Source: an uncultured Gemmatimonadales bacterium (GTDB taxonomy: Bacteria; Gemmatimonadota; Gemmatimonadetes; Gemmatimonadales; GWC2-71-9). Taken from it: a stretch of DNA of 64,000 nt. Numbering within the stretch: the first letter of the stretch is position 1; the number at the start of each line of letters is the position of its first letter. Below the pieces are notes generated by a model. The model made no database searches, was not told the DNA's origin, and saw nothing but the letters and a program-made list of their open reading frames with translations. The DNA lies in the NCBI GenBank assembly GCA_963779755.1, contig CAVZZO010000003.1:96001-160000 (forward strand), read 5' to 3'. Of the stretch, positions 9,105 through 18,552 are shown piece after piece. The position numbers were made by a program, and so were the translations under genes.

Positions 9105-9812
9105 ATGGCGCCGATGCCTTCGCAAGGTGCGCCGGCTATGGCAGGGGCGGCGCTGGGCGAGACCCGGCGCCTGCTCCTGCTGGCGCTGAAGCAGCACGGC
9201 CCCGCCACCCTGGCCGAGTTGGGCGAACGGGTGCCTCTCGCGGCGGCAACGCTGCGGGAGCATCTCCAGAACCTCATGGCCCTGCATCTGGCCGAGCGCT
9301 GCGGCACCCGCAAGCGGGAGCAGGGACGTGGCCGCCCGGAGGTGGTCTACGGGCTGAGCGCCGAGGCCGAAGGCCTCTTCCCCGCGGGCGAGGGCGATCT
9401 CCTGCAGGACCTGATCGGCTGGCTCTCCGGCGGCGACCGGCAGCCGTTACTGGAGCAGTTCTTCGCGACCCGCAACGCGGGCCGGCTGGCCGCGGGGCGG
9501 CGGCGCCTGGCCGGTCTCGAGGGCCGGGAACGGCTCCAGGCGGTAGCAGCCATTCTCAGCGAAGAGGGCTACATGGCGGAGGTGCACCAGGGGGCCGATG
9601 CGCCCGTCCTCCGGCTCTGCCACTGCCCCTTGCGAAGCGTCACTGGTGCCTCTTCGCTGCCCTGCCGGGCCGAGATCGCGCTGGTGCAGGGTCTGGTCGG
9701 GGCGCCGCTGCGCCGCACCGCCTGGATGCCCGACGGTGACCACACCTGCGAGTACACGGTCGGCGCATCCGACCGTTCGCCATCAACCCATACCACAGGA
9801 GCCGATCGGTGA
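9105..9812 (+). CDS. SufR-like ArsR/DeoR-type HTH regulator with C-terminal Cys cluster
   Basis: N-terminal HTH, GRGRP.VVY.LS..AE, C-terminal CHCP...PCRAE...TCEY; exact start uncertain. Confidence 0.75.
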   Translation: MAPMPSQGAPAMAGAALGETRRLLLLALKQHGPATLAELGERVPLAAATLREHLQNLMALHLAERCGTRKREQGRGRPEVVYGLSAEAEGLFPAGEGDLLQDLIGWLSGGDRQPLLEQFFATRNAGRLAAGRRRLAGLEGRERLQAVAAILSEEGYMAEVHQGADAPVLRLCHCPLRSVTGASSLPCRAEIALVQGLVGAPLRRTAWMPDGDHTCEYTVGASDRSPSTHTTGADR

Positions 9813-10030
9813 AATCGCTCGATGTTCGCCCCCTTCCTCCCCGGGAGAAGCATCCCGCCATCTTCCAGTTGTTTGACGCCCTGCCCGCCGGGGCCGAATT
9901 CGAGCTGGTGAACGACCACAATCCGCGCCCGCTGTTTTACCAGTTCCAGGCCGAGCGCCCCGAAGCCTTTACCTGGCGCGCCCTGGAAGAGGGGCCCGAG
10001 GTGTGGCGGATTGCGATCGGCAAGCCGTGA
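9809..10030 (+). CDS. DUF2249 domain protein
   Basis: LDVRPLPPREKHPAIF...LVNDHNPRPLFYQF...EEGPEVWRI. Confidence 0.85.
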   Translation: MKSLDVRPLPPREKHPAIFQLFDALPAGAEFELVNDHNPRPLFYQFQAERPEAFTWRALEEGPEVWRIAIGKP

Positions 10031-11313
10031 CGGCAGCCCTGCCGCTCGCGCCGGCCACCGCCCCGGCGTCCACCGGCGCCGAGGCGGAGCCGCCGCCTTT
10101 TCTCCTTCCGGCGGAGCACTTCGCGGCCGGGCTCTTCTGGCTCACGCTTGGCTCTGCCGCCCTGGTGCTGATCGCGCCGGATCTGGCGCGTGGCGGCTTT
10201 CTGAATCCTCGAAGCATCGCCGTCACCCACTGCTTCACGCTGGGCGTGATCACCACGTCGATTTTCGGCGCGCTCTATCAGATCTTCCCTGTGGCCCTGG
10301 GGATCGGCGCGCGCAGCATCCGGGCGGCCCATCGCACCTTCTGGGTCCTCCAGGCGGGCATCCTGGCGCTGGTGGCGGGCGCCTGGTGGTGGCGCCCGGC
10401 GCTGCTGGGGCTCGGCTGGGTGCTGCTCGCTGCCGCCGTGGGAGGCATGTCCTGGAACCTCCTTCCCCAACGGCGCCGCGCGCCGCGCGGCCGGCTCATC
10501 GGGCTCTACATCAGCGCCGGGCACTCCGCGCTGGGCCTGGCCATGGCGGTCGTCGCCGTGCGCCTGGGTAACGCGGCGGGGTGGTGGAACGTCGACCGTC
10601 TCGACTTCCTCACCGCACACGTGCACCTGGCCCTTGTCGGCTTTGCCACCCTGACGGTAATCGGCGTGGGGAGCCGGCTGCTCCCCATGTTCCTCCTGGC
10701 CCACGGGCATCTGGAGCGGCCGCTCCGCTGGATCGGGCCCGCGCTGGGCGCCGGCCTCCTGGGCTACGCTACCGGCGCGCTCGCACGCTGGCCGGCGCTC
10801 CGCGTGGCGGGGGGACTCGCCATGGCGGTGAGTCTCACGGCGTACCTCGGTGTGGCGGCCCTCTATTTCCGCCGCCGCAATCGCCGGATGGACCCGGGGC
10901 TGGCCCATGTCGCGCTGGCGTTTCTGTGGCTGGGCTGTGCCGTTCTGCTCGGCCTCATTCTCCTGTTTCGCTCCCGGTTCGACCCCCGGCTGGTGACGGT
11001 GTACGGTCTGGCCGGCCTCCTGGGGTGGCTGACCCTGCTGGTGATCGGGGTCTATCAGAAGATCATCCCCTTTCTCACCTGGCTGCACCGCTTCGGCACC
11101 CGGGCGGGACTGCCCGATACCCCCACCGTAGCCCAGCTGGTAACCCCGGCGTTCGGCTGGTCGGCCCTGGCCGCGTACGGTGCGGGGCTGCCGCTGCTGG
11201 CCCTGGGCCTCGCCCGGGGGTCGGGCCCGGTGGCGACCGCCGGCGCGGCGCTGTGGAGCGCCGGGACGGTGTTCATCCTGCTGCATCACTTCCGCCTCGC
11301 TACCCGCCGATGA
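10027..11313 (+). CDS. ~12-TM His-containing membrane protein (NnrS/heme-copper-oxidase-subunit-like, uncharacterised)
   Basis: GTGA overlap with previous stop; THCFTLG, AHVHLALVGF, RLLPMF, YQKIIPFLTW motifs. Confidence 0.6.
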   Translation: MTAALPLAPATAPASTGAEAEPPPFLLPAEHFAAGLFWLTLGSAALVLIAPDLARGGFLNPRSIAVTHCFTLGVITTSIFGALYQIFPVALGIGARSIRAAHRTFWVLQAGILALVAGAWWWRPALLGLGWVLLAAAVGGMSWNLLPQRRRAPRGRLIGLYISAGHSALGLAMAVVAVRLGNAAGWWNVDRLDFLTAHVHLALVGFATLTVIGVGSRLLPMFLLAHGHLERPLRWIGPALGAGLLGYATGALARWPALRVAGGLAMAVSLTAYLGVAALYFRRRNRRMDPGLAHVALAFLWLGCAVLLGLILLFRSRFDPRLVTVYGLAGLLGWLTLLVIGVYQKIIPFLTWLHRFGTRAGLPDTPTVAQLVTPAFGWSALAAYGAGLPLLALGLARGSGPVATAGAALWSAGTVFILLHHFRLATRR

Positions 11314-11597
11314 ACGCACCCGTCGCAGTCGACCGGGTCAACCAGGTCTACCGCCGGCTCATCGGGGTCATCGATCCGGAGCTGGGCCTCAGTATCGTCA
11401 AACTGGGCCTGATCTATGATCTCGAGGTCAGGGGCGACGATGTCAACGTCACGATGACCCTGACCACACGCGGCTGTCCGCTCGAGGCGGCCATCCGCTC
11501 CGGTGTCGAGCGGGCCGTGCGCGCACTGCCCTGGGTGGGCGGGCTCGAGGTGCGCATTGTCTGGGAACCGGCCTGGAATCCATCCATGATCCGATAG
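11310..11597 (+). CDS. Metal-sulfur cluster assembly factor (SufT/DUF59)
   Basis: VIDPELGLSIVKLGLIY, TMTLTTRGCPL, VWEPAWNPSM. Confidence 0.9.
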   Translation: MNAPVAVDRVNQVYRRLIGVIDPELGLSIVKLGLIYDLEVRGDDVNVTMTLTTRGCPLEAAIRSGVERAVRALPWVGGLEVRIVWEPAWNPSMIR

Positions 11598-11606
11598 GAG
11601 CCTGTC

Positions 11607-12035
11607 ATGAGCACCAGTGAAGCACCGACCAAGAGTCTGGAACTCGACGTGCGCCCCGTGCTGGCGCAGGGGGGCGAACCCCTGGAAATGATCCTGGCGG
11701 CCGCCTCCCGGGTCGCGGCCGGCGGCACCCTGCTGTTAACCGCGCCATTCGAGCCGGTGCCGCTCTACCGCGTTCTGGCGGCCCGCGGCTTCGTGAGGGA
11801 GACGGAGCAGCTCGGTCCCGCCGAGTGGCGGATACGATTCCGCCACACCGGGATCACCGAGCAGGCTACGGTCGCCGAGATTTTCGAGCGTTTCCCCTCC
11901 ACCGGGCCGGTCCTGGCGGAATTCGGCCTGGATCTCTGTTGCGGCGGCGCCAGAACTCTCCAGACCGTGGCCGAGGTCCACCGGCTGCCGCTGGCTGAGC
12001 TGCTCGGGCGGCTACGCGCGGCCGCGATGGAGTAA
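11607..12035 (+). CDS. DUF2249 fused to DUF542 (ScdA/Ric N-terminal domain)
   Basis: LDVRPVLAQGGEP...APFEPVPLY (DUF2249) followed by TVAEI...FGLDLCCGG..TL (DUF542). Confidence 0.75.
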   Translation: MSTSEAPTKSLELDVRPVLAQGGEPLEMILAAASRVAAGGTLLLTAPFEPVPLYRVLAARGFVRETEQLGPAEWRIRFRHTGITEQATVAEIFERFPSTGPVLAEFGLDLCCGGARTLQTVAEVHRLPLAELLGRLRAAAME

Positions 12036-12104
12036 GCCGGCGCGCCTTGCGGCGCCGCGGGGGGTCCGGTTCTCTTGGGAAGGACCCGGATCCGAATCGA
12101 GCCT

Positions 12105-13370
12105 ATGCTCCAGAGCGTCGATGTCGGCGAGCTCGCACTGCGGTCGTATGACGGCATCGCCCCCGCGGATATTCTGGACCAGTTGCGGGCGGCCGCGGAG
12201 CCGCTGCGGGGACTGCGCGTCCTGCACCTGAACGCTACCCGGTATGGCGGCGGCGTTTCGGAGTTGCTGCTCTCGGTCGTCCCGCTCCTGCGCGACCTGG
12301 GAATCGATGCCGAGTGGCAGGTGATCACCGCGGAGCCCGAGTTCTTCCAGGTCACCAAGACCATTCACAACGGCCTCCAGGGCGGGGCGGTCGCGCTGTC
12401 GCCGGAGGACCGGGCGCTCTTTCAGGCCACGGCCGAGAGCAACGCCTCGCGGCTGGAGGGCACCTGGGACGTCATCGTCTGCCACGACCCCCAGCCCGCC
12501 GCGCTTGCCCGGCTGGCCCGCTCGCGTGCCACCCGCTGGATCTGGCGCTGCCATATCGACACCTCGCATCCCCAGCCGGCCATCTGGGAATTCCTGCGCA
12601 CCTTCGTCGCGGCGTATGACGCCGCGATATTTACCCTTCGCGATTTCGTCCCGCCCGACTTTCCCTTCGAACCGGTGGACGTGATCGCCCCGGCCATCGA
12701 CCCGCTCAGCCCCAAGAACCTCGATCTGCCGCCCAGCCTGGCCCGCCAGCTGCTCAACTGGGTCGGCGTGCGGCTGGACCATCCGTTAATTACCCAGGTG
12801 GCGCGCTTCGATCCCTGGAAAGATCCCATGGGTGTGATCGCCGCCTACCGCCTGGTGCGGGAGGAGCTGCCGGACCTGCAGCTGGCGCTGGCTGGCTCCA
12901 TGGCCCTGGATGATCCCGAGGGTTGGGAGATCTACCGTCAGATCCGGGAAGAAGCCCGTGCCGACCCGCTGATCCATGTCTTCAGTAATCTCACCGGCGT
13001 AAGCAACGTCGAGGTGAACGCCTTCCAGCGCCTCTCCAACGTGGTGGTGCAGAAATCGATCCGGGAAGGCTTTGGCCTGGTGGTCTCGGAGGCGCTCTGG
13101 AAGGGCACACCCGTGGTGGCGGGCCGCGCCGGGGGGATCCCGCTCCAGATGGCGGGCGGCGTGGGCGGGTTCCTGGTGGATGGCGTCGAAGAGTGCGCCT
13201 CGGCCGTGCTCCGGCTGCTCCAGGAGCCCGAGATGGCGCGGGAGCTGGCGGAGCAGGGACGCGCCCGGGTGCGCGAGCGCTTCCTGCTGCCCAGGCTGCT
13301 GCGCGACGAAATCCTCCTGCTCCAGCGCCTCGCGGCCGGCATCCCGGCGCGGACCGCGGAACCGGCGTGA
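12105..13370 (+). CDS. treT: Trehalose synthase TreT-like GT4 glycosyltransferase
   Basis: [56 protein letters not shown]. Confidence 0.8.
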   Translation: MLQSVDVGELALRSYDGIAPADILDQLRAAAEPLRGLRVLHLNATRYGGGVSELLLSVVPLLRDLGIDAEWQVITAEPEFFQVTKTIHNGLQGGAVALSPEDRALFQATAESNASRLEGTWDVIVCHDPQPAALARLARSRATRWIWRCHIDTSHPQPAIWEFLRTFVAAYDAAIFTLRDFVPPDFPFEPVDVIAPAIDPLSPKNLDLPPSLARQLLNWVGVRLDHPLITQVARFDPWKDPMGVIAAYRLVREELPDLQLALAGSMALDDPEGWEIYRQIREEARADPLIHVFSNLTGVSNVEVNAFQRLSNVVVQKSIREGFGLVVSEALWKGTPVVAGRAGGIPLQMAGGVGGFLVDGVEECASAVLRLLQEPEMARELAEQGRARVRERFLLPRLLRDEILLLQRLAAGIPARTAEPA

Positions 13371-14800
13371 GCGGCGGCCGAACGGCCAGCATCGGGCGGG
13401 TCACCGGGCTGGCAGTGATGGTACTGCTCCTGCTGCTCCCTCCGCCGGCGGACATGCCCCTCGTCGCCTGGCATGCGGCGGCCGTGGGGGTGCTGATGGC
13501 GATCTGGTGGGTGACCGAGGCAATTCCCATCTCCGCCACCGCCCTGGTGCCGCTGGTACTCTTCCCGCCGCTGCATATCGCGCCCATCGGCGATGCCGCG
13601 TCGCCCTACGCCAATCCGATCATCTTCCTGTTCCTGGGCGGGTTCATGATCGCGGCGGCGCTGGCCCGATGCGGCCTGCACCGGCGCATGGCGCTGACCA
13701 TCATCGCACGCGTGGGCACCGAGCCCGCCCGGCTGGTGGGCGGGTTCATGCTGGCCACCGCGGCGCTGAGCCTCTGGGTCAGCAATACCGCGACTGTGGT
13801 CATGCTGTTGCCCATGGCCGAGGCGGTGATCGAGCTGGTGGAGCAGGGAGGCGGAGCGGACGGCGGCGACCCGGGTTTTGCGACGGCCCTGCTGCTGGGC
13901 CTGGCCTATGCCGCGAGCATCGGCGGCATGGGCACGCTCATCGGGACCCCGCCCAACGCGCTCCTCGCCGGTTTTCTCCAGCAGAGCTATGGAATCCACA
14001 TCGGTTTTGCCCGGTGGATGCTGCTGGGCATTCCGCTGGTCGCGGTCGGTCTGCCGCTCTGCTGGCTGCTCCTGACCCGGGTCCTCTTCCGCTTCCGGCT
14101 CGCGGAGATCCCGGGTGGCGCGACGTTCGTCCGCCGCCAGCTGGCCGACCTGGGACGGCCCTCGCGGGCCGAGATCACCGCCGGGCTCATCACGGCCGCG
14201 ACGGCACTCGCCTGGGTCACCAGTCCCCTGCTGGAGAAAGTGGTCCCCGGCATCTCCGACGCCGGGATCGCGCTGGCAGGCGCGCTGCTCCTCTTCCTGG
14301 TGCCGGTGGCGCCGGGGCGCGCCTCCCTGATGTGGAAGGATGTCCGGGGGATCCCCTGGGGCGTCCTGCTGCTCTTCGGCGGGGGCCTCTCGCTGGCGGC
14401 GGCCATTCAGCAGACCGGGCTGGCCACCTGGCTGGGCCACGCCATGGCGGGCACGTCCGGGTGGCCCGTCCCGCTGGTGGTGGCGGCGGTAACGGCGCTG
14501 GTCGTCTTTCTCACCGAGCTCACCAGCAACACTGCCACCGCCGCCGCGTTTCTCCCGGTGGTGGGATCGCTGGCCATCGCGCTGGGCGAGCCCCCGCTGA
14601 CGCTGGCCATTCCGGCGGCGCTGGCCGCCAGCTGCGCGTTCATGCTGCCGGTCGCCACCCCGCCCAACGCGCTGGTCTACGGCAGCGAGCGGCTGACCAT
14701 CCCCCAGATGGCGCGGGCCGGGTTCTTCCTCAACCTGCTGTTCATCGCACTCATTACGGTCGCGGCGCTGTTCCTCGTGCCGGTCGTGCTGAGTCGCTAG
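13367..14800 (+). CDS. SLC13/DASS family sodium-coupled anion symporter
   Basis: [20 protein letters not shown] twice, [20 protein letters not shown]. Confidence 0.92.
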   Translation: MSGGRTASIGRVTGLAVMVLLLLLPPPADMPLVAWHAAAVGVLMAIWWVTEAIPISATALVPLVLFPPLHIAPIGDAASPYANPIIFLFLGGFMIAAALARCGLHRRMALTIIARVGTEPARLVGGFMLATAALSLWVSNTATVVMLLPMAEAVIELVEQGGGADGGDPGFATALLLGLAYAASIGGMGTLIGTPPNALLAGFLQQSYGIHIGFARWMLLGIPLVAVGLPLCWLLLTRVLFRFRLAEIPGGATFVRRQLADLGRPSRAEITAGLITAATALAWVTSPLLEKVVPGISDAGIALAGALLLFLVPVAPGRASLMWKDVRGIPWGVLLLFGGGLSLAAAIQQTGLATWLGHAMAGTSGWPVPLVVAAVTALVVFLTELTSNTATAAAFLPVVGSLAIALGEPPLTLAIPAALAASCAFMLPVATPPNALVYGSERLTIPQMARAGFFLNLLFIALITVAALFLVPVVLSR

Positions 14801-14834
14801 TCGCTGCCTGTGCCTGATGACCAGCGCCTGCGAG

Positions 14835-16520
14835 CTAACGACTCCCTTGCAGGACATCCATCCCCTGCTCGAACACGACGTCCACCGGGATGCCCGCTGT
14901 GGCCAGGCGGTCGAGATCATGCTGCAGGCCGGGATCCAGCGTGCCGTACCGGTCCACAAACGCCTTGACCCCCTGGTAGTCGCCGTTGCCCTGAAAGACC
15001 AGGATCTGGTCTGACAGGGAGTCCACGGCGGTCTTCATCCGGTCGAAATCCACCCGGTATGTCCCGGTGGCGGAATCCCGGGTGAAGGCGCCCATGCGCT
15101 CGAAGAAATTGAACCGCACCAGGTTCGCGCGCCCGTGCGCGTCGGCGGCCCCGAAGCGCACCGACCGGAAGATGGAGGCGAGGAAGGTCACATAGTTTTT
15201 CCGGATGTCCTCGCCCGGCAGCTCCCCCGTCTGGTTGAGGCGGGTCACCATCCACAGGCCGAGCACATCGGCCTTTCCTTCTTCCAGGGCGCCGGCCTGC
15301 TCCTTCAGCGCTTCGCGCACCGTGCCCCGGCCATTGACCGTGTTCTTGATCCCCAGCCCGTGCGCCACCTCGTGGAACATGGTGTTCTCGAAGAAGGCAT
15401 CAAACGAGATGAGCTCGCGCTGGTCGGGGGCGATCAGCCGGTCGGCGATCGGCACCAGGATGCTGTCGAACTTGGCCCGCATGGCATTCTTGAGCTGCAG
15501 CCGGCGGGTGCCCTTCCGGAGCTGAACCTCTTCGTCGTTGGGCAGGTTGATGGCGATGGTCTTGGCGCCGGCATTGGCCTGGCCGGCGTAGAACACCGCG
15601 TCGTAGGCGTTGAGATCGGAATCGGTCCCGGGCTTCTCCTGCTTGTACCTCGCTCCCACCGGGAGGGCCCGCTGGAGGGCGGGGAGCATGCTCGCGTAGC
15701 GCGCCAGGCGCCGGCTCCAGGCCTTGTCCTTCACCAGGACATAGGCTTCGTGCGCGGCCTTGTAGCCGAAGAGCTGGTCCTCATAAGTCTCGATCGGACC
15801 GATCACCACGTCGAGCCCGTTGTTCTTCATGTCGAGCCAGGCAACGTCGCTGGCCCGGTAGTCGTCGCTGCGGAGCGCCTGCGCCCGCAACGTGAGGTAC
15901 TGCCGCAGGCCGGGATCGTCGGCCAGCCTGGCCGCCGCCTCCAACCGGCCGGCGGCCCGCTCCGTCGCGGCAGGGAAGGCAACATGATAGGGGACCGCCA
16001 CCAGCGCCCCGGCCGAATCGCGCCGGACCAGCGTGTAGAGACTCTTCAGGCTGTCCGCCTGCGCGGAGGTGGCATCCAGCGCGCTCTCGAACTGCTGCTT
16101 CGTCATGCCGGCGGGATAGAAATTGGCGCCCGGCGGCTTGGGCCCTACCCCCGGCACGAAGGGCGAATCCGACGCCAGCCGGTCCCAGGGCCCGTAGTTG
16201 ATTTCGGCGTACCGGCGCATGGCACTGTCGCCGCCGATGGCCTGCAGCAGGCTGTCGGGAATACCATAGGCTTCCCGCCAGTAGATCGTGTCCATCTCCC
16301 GTGCCGCATCGATCAGAAGCGGCAGCATCCGGCGCTCACTGGCGCTGAGCTGCGAGAGATCGGTCGTGAGGCGGACCGTCGTGTACTGCTCGAGACGCTG
16401 GGGGAGATTCATGGAATCGGTGGCAGAGGCCTGCTGGCCGGTGGGCCGCTCCTGCCGGCAGCCGGAGACCAGCGCCAAGGCCACGCAGGCAATGGTTGGC
16501 AGGGTGAGCTGGGCCTTCAT
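14835..16520 (-). CDS. Dipeptidyl peptidase III-like Zn metallopeptidase (M49, HEXXH variant), lipoprotein
   Basis: Lipobox VSGC; INYGPWDRL, KTIAINLPNDE, FHEVAHGLG, LEEGKAD. Confidence 0.8.
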   Translation of the reverse strand: MKAQLTLPTIACVALALVSGCRQERPTGQQASATDSMNLPQRLEQYTTVRLTTDLSQLSASERRMLPLLIDAAREMDTIYWREAYGIPDSLLQAIGGDSAMRRYAEINYGPWDRLASDSPFVPGVGPKPPGANFYPAGMTKQQFESALDATSAQADSLKSLYTLVRRDSAGALVAVPYHVAFPAATERAAGRLEAAARLADDPGLRQYLTLRAQALRSDDYRASDVAWLDMKNNGLDVVIGPIETYEDQLFGYKAAHEAYVLVKDKAWSRRLARYASMLPALQRALPVGARYKQEKPGTDSDLNAYDAVFYAGQANAGAKTIAINLPNDEEVQLRKGTRRLQLKNAMRAKFDSILVPIADRLIAPDQRELISFDAFFENTMFHEVAHGLGIKNTVNGRGTVREALKEQAGALEEGKADVLGLWMVTRLNQTGELPGEDIRKNYVTFLASIFRSVRFGAADAHGRANLVRFNFFERMGAFTRDSATGTYRVDFDRMKTAVDSLSDQILVFQGNGDYQGVKAFVDRYGTLDPGLQHDLDRLATAGIPVDVVFEQGMDVLQGSR

Positions 16521-16691
16521 ACCGGGCTCCTGAAAAGAGGAAAGCTGCACCAGCGGGAACCTGCGCAACATACCCTCTCTCCCTCATACTTGCAGGACGC
16601 CTCTTCCGGTGGCGTGCAAGGCCTCGCAGGCTGTCAGCAGGAATGCTGTAACAGACTACCTGGCATGCGCTTAGGTGTGCTCATTCAAATC

Positions 16692-16706
16692 TGGCACATG
16701 GGTTGC
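16692..16706 (+). promoter_or_regulatory. Sigma54 (-24/-12) promoter of the pilin gene
   Basis: Consensus match TGGCAC-ATGGG-TTGC, 54 nt upstream of the pilin ATG. Confidence 0.8.
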
Positions 16707-16760
16707 CCTATTCATCGGCGTCATGCCGCTCTCTGGTCCGAATTCTCGGGAGTCAGTGCA

Positions 16761-17171
16761 ATGAACCGCAGGGGCTTCACACTCATCGAACTGCTCATTG
16801 TGGTGGTGATCATCGGGATCCTGGCGGCCATCGCCATCCCGAAGTTCGCCAACACCAAGTCGAAGGCTATCCTGGCGGGCATGCGCAGCGACCTGCGGAA
16901 CCTGGTGACCGCGCAGGAAGGTTACTACTTCGATTACGCTACCTACGCTTCGGCTGTGGGGCCGGTGCAGGGTCCCGGCGTCGTCAGCGCCACCATCACG
17001 CAGGGAAACGTGCTCGCTCCCCTCACTAATGTTACGGTCAATGGCTACACCGCCGTACTGACCAATCCCGCCCTGACGGTTGCGCCCACCTCTTGCGGCG
17101 TCTACATCGGGCCGGCAGCCAACTCGCCCAATCCGGCGGTCCTGCAGGAGGGCTCCCCGGCCTGCTGGTAG
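16761..17171 (+). CDS. Type IV pilin (N-methylation domain protein)
   Basis: MNRRG|FTLIELLIVVVIIGILAAIAIPKF; C-terminal Cys pair. Confidence 0.92.
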   Translation: MNRRGFTLIELLIVVVIIGILAAIAIPKFANTKSKAILAGMRSDLRNLVTAQEGYYFDYATYASAVGPVQGPGVVSATITQGNVLAPLTNVTVNGYTAVLTNPALTVAPTSCGVYIGPAANSPNPAVLQEGSPACW

Positions 17172-17203
17172 CCCAAGGCACTGGAAGTCACGAACCGGGA
17201 ATG

Positions 17204-17234
17204 AGGGGAGGCGGGCGCCTCCCCTTTCACTTTT
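17204..17234 (+). terminator. Intrinsic terminator after the pilin gene
   Basis: AGGGGAGGC-GGGC-GCCTCCCCT followed by TTCACTTTT. Confidence 0.6.
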
Positions 17235-17281
17235 GCCCCCACCACGTTTCCCTTCGTTCCTGATTCCACCCCGTTGCCGCC

Positions 17282-18424
17282 ATGCGCTCCGCCGCTCGCC
17301 ACACATTGCTGGCCCTCGCCTGCCTCGGCATCGGGGGCACCCCGCCTTCCTCCACTCATGTGGGCCCGCGGGTGGTCCCCGTCTACATGGTCCCGTCGGA
17401 CATGGTGCCCGATACCGCAGGGATACGCCTCGTCCTCCAGGCGCTCCCCGCGGTGCGGGCGTGGTACGGGCGAGCGCTGCACGGCCCCACCTACCTCGAT
17501 GATCCACTGACGATCCAGGTGTCCCGCCACAGCTTTGCGGAGTTCGCCGCCGACAGCTTCCAGGCCTGGTGGACGCTGCTGCAGCGGGAATTCCAGGCCT
17601 ATGGGCTGGACTGGGAAGACGCCGATACCAAGCTTCTGTTCATTGCGCACGGTGCCGGCGCATGGGCCGGCTCGGACAGCCGCAACGGCGGAATCGATTC
17701 CACCGCCGAAGCGGGCCTGGTCCCCGATGGAGATTCGGGCGGCATCGCCGTGGTGGGCGACAGTACCGTGGAGGGCTACCTGGCGGGCGTCTGCCCCGAC
17801 AGCGGCCGGACCGGCACCGCCTGGTGGTGCAGCTGGTACACCTTCGAGGGCACCCTGGCACACGAGCTGGGGCATACCTTCGGCCTCCCCCATCCCGATG
17901 CCTTCCGGAAAGGCTTCCGCTGCGCCGACAGCACCGCCTGGACCAATATGCAGTGCCACTGGGGGTTCCCTTTCGACACGCTGCTGCCCTACGAGCAGAA
18001 ACACCTGCGCAGCCTCCGGTTCTTCCGCGGGCGGTCCGATCCGCCCTATCGCATGCTCACCAGCCGCCTCCCCGCCGGGGGGCGGGTGCGCTCCATCCGT
18101 TTCCTGGACGGCGACGGCCTCCTCTGGATGGACGGTTGGGGCGGGGGTACCGGCTATCCCTGGGGCACCGTGGTCCGCGTGCGCGCTTCCTGGCGCCTTC
18201 ACCCGGAGGACAGCCTCTTCGCCGCGGATATCGGGCTGCCGCGGGGCCAGCACTCGCGGACCACGGTGCGAATCGAGCTCGACGGCATCCCGGTCTACCA
18301 GCGGAGCCTTTCCCCGGGCGACCCGCCGCTGCCACTGGTGCTTGTCCTGGGCAGCGCCCGACGTCTCACCATCAGAAGCAGCCGGGAGGTGGGGGTGGGG
18401 AACGGGAGACTGGTAGCGCGGTAG
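17282..18424 (+). CDS. Secreted metzincin-like Zn protease with a possible C-terminal NPCBM-like domain
   Basis: HELGHTFGLPH (HExxHxxGxxH), downstream Met (TNMQC), signal peptide; C-terminus FAADIGL...RIELDGIPVYQR. Confidence 0.55.
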   Translation: MRSAARHTLLALACLGIGGTPPSSTHVGPRVVPVYMVPSDMVPDTAGIRLVLQALPAVRAWYGRALHGPTYLDDPLTIQVSRHSFAEFAADSFQAWWTLLQREFQAYGLDWEDADTKLLFIAHGAGAWAGSDSRNGGIDSTAEAGLVPDGDSGGIAVVGDSTVEGYLAGVCPDSGRTGTAWWCSWYTFEGTLAHELGHTFGLPHPDAFRKGFRCADSTAWTNMQCHWGFPFDTLLPYEQKHLRSLRFFRGRSDPPYRMLTSRLPAGGRVRSIRFLDGDGLLWMDGWGGGTGYPWGTVVRVRASWRLHPEDSLFAADIGLPRGQHSRTTVRIELDGIPVYQRSLSPGDPPLPLVLVLGSARRLTIRSSREVGVGNGRLVAR

Positions 18425-18552
18425 GGACGGGTATCGAGGGGCCCATTTCACAAACCGCCTCACCTCCTTGCATTTAAACCGTTTCCCTGCAATCTTTTGT
18501 GCCCCTAGCCGGGGGGCCATTTCGGCCTCCCGTGTTTTGTCTGGGTCGAGGC

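Noticed and set aside
10027..11313. Annotating the 12-TM protein as NO reductase NorB or cytochrome oxidase subunit I
   Set aside because: The canonical W-x-x-H...HH heme-copper ligand motifs are not visible
15135..16760. 678-aa ORF fusing a long N-terminus to the pilin
   Set aside because: The upstream part is antisense to the M49 peptidase; the pilin has its own sigma54 promoter, RBS and prepilin leader at 16761
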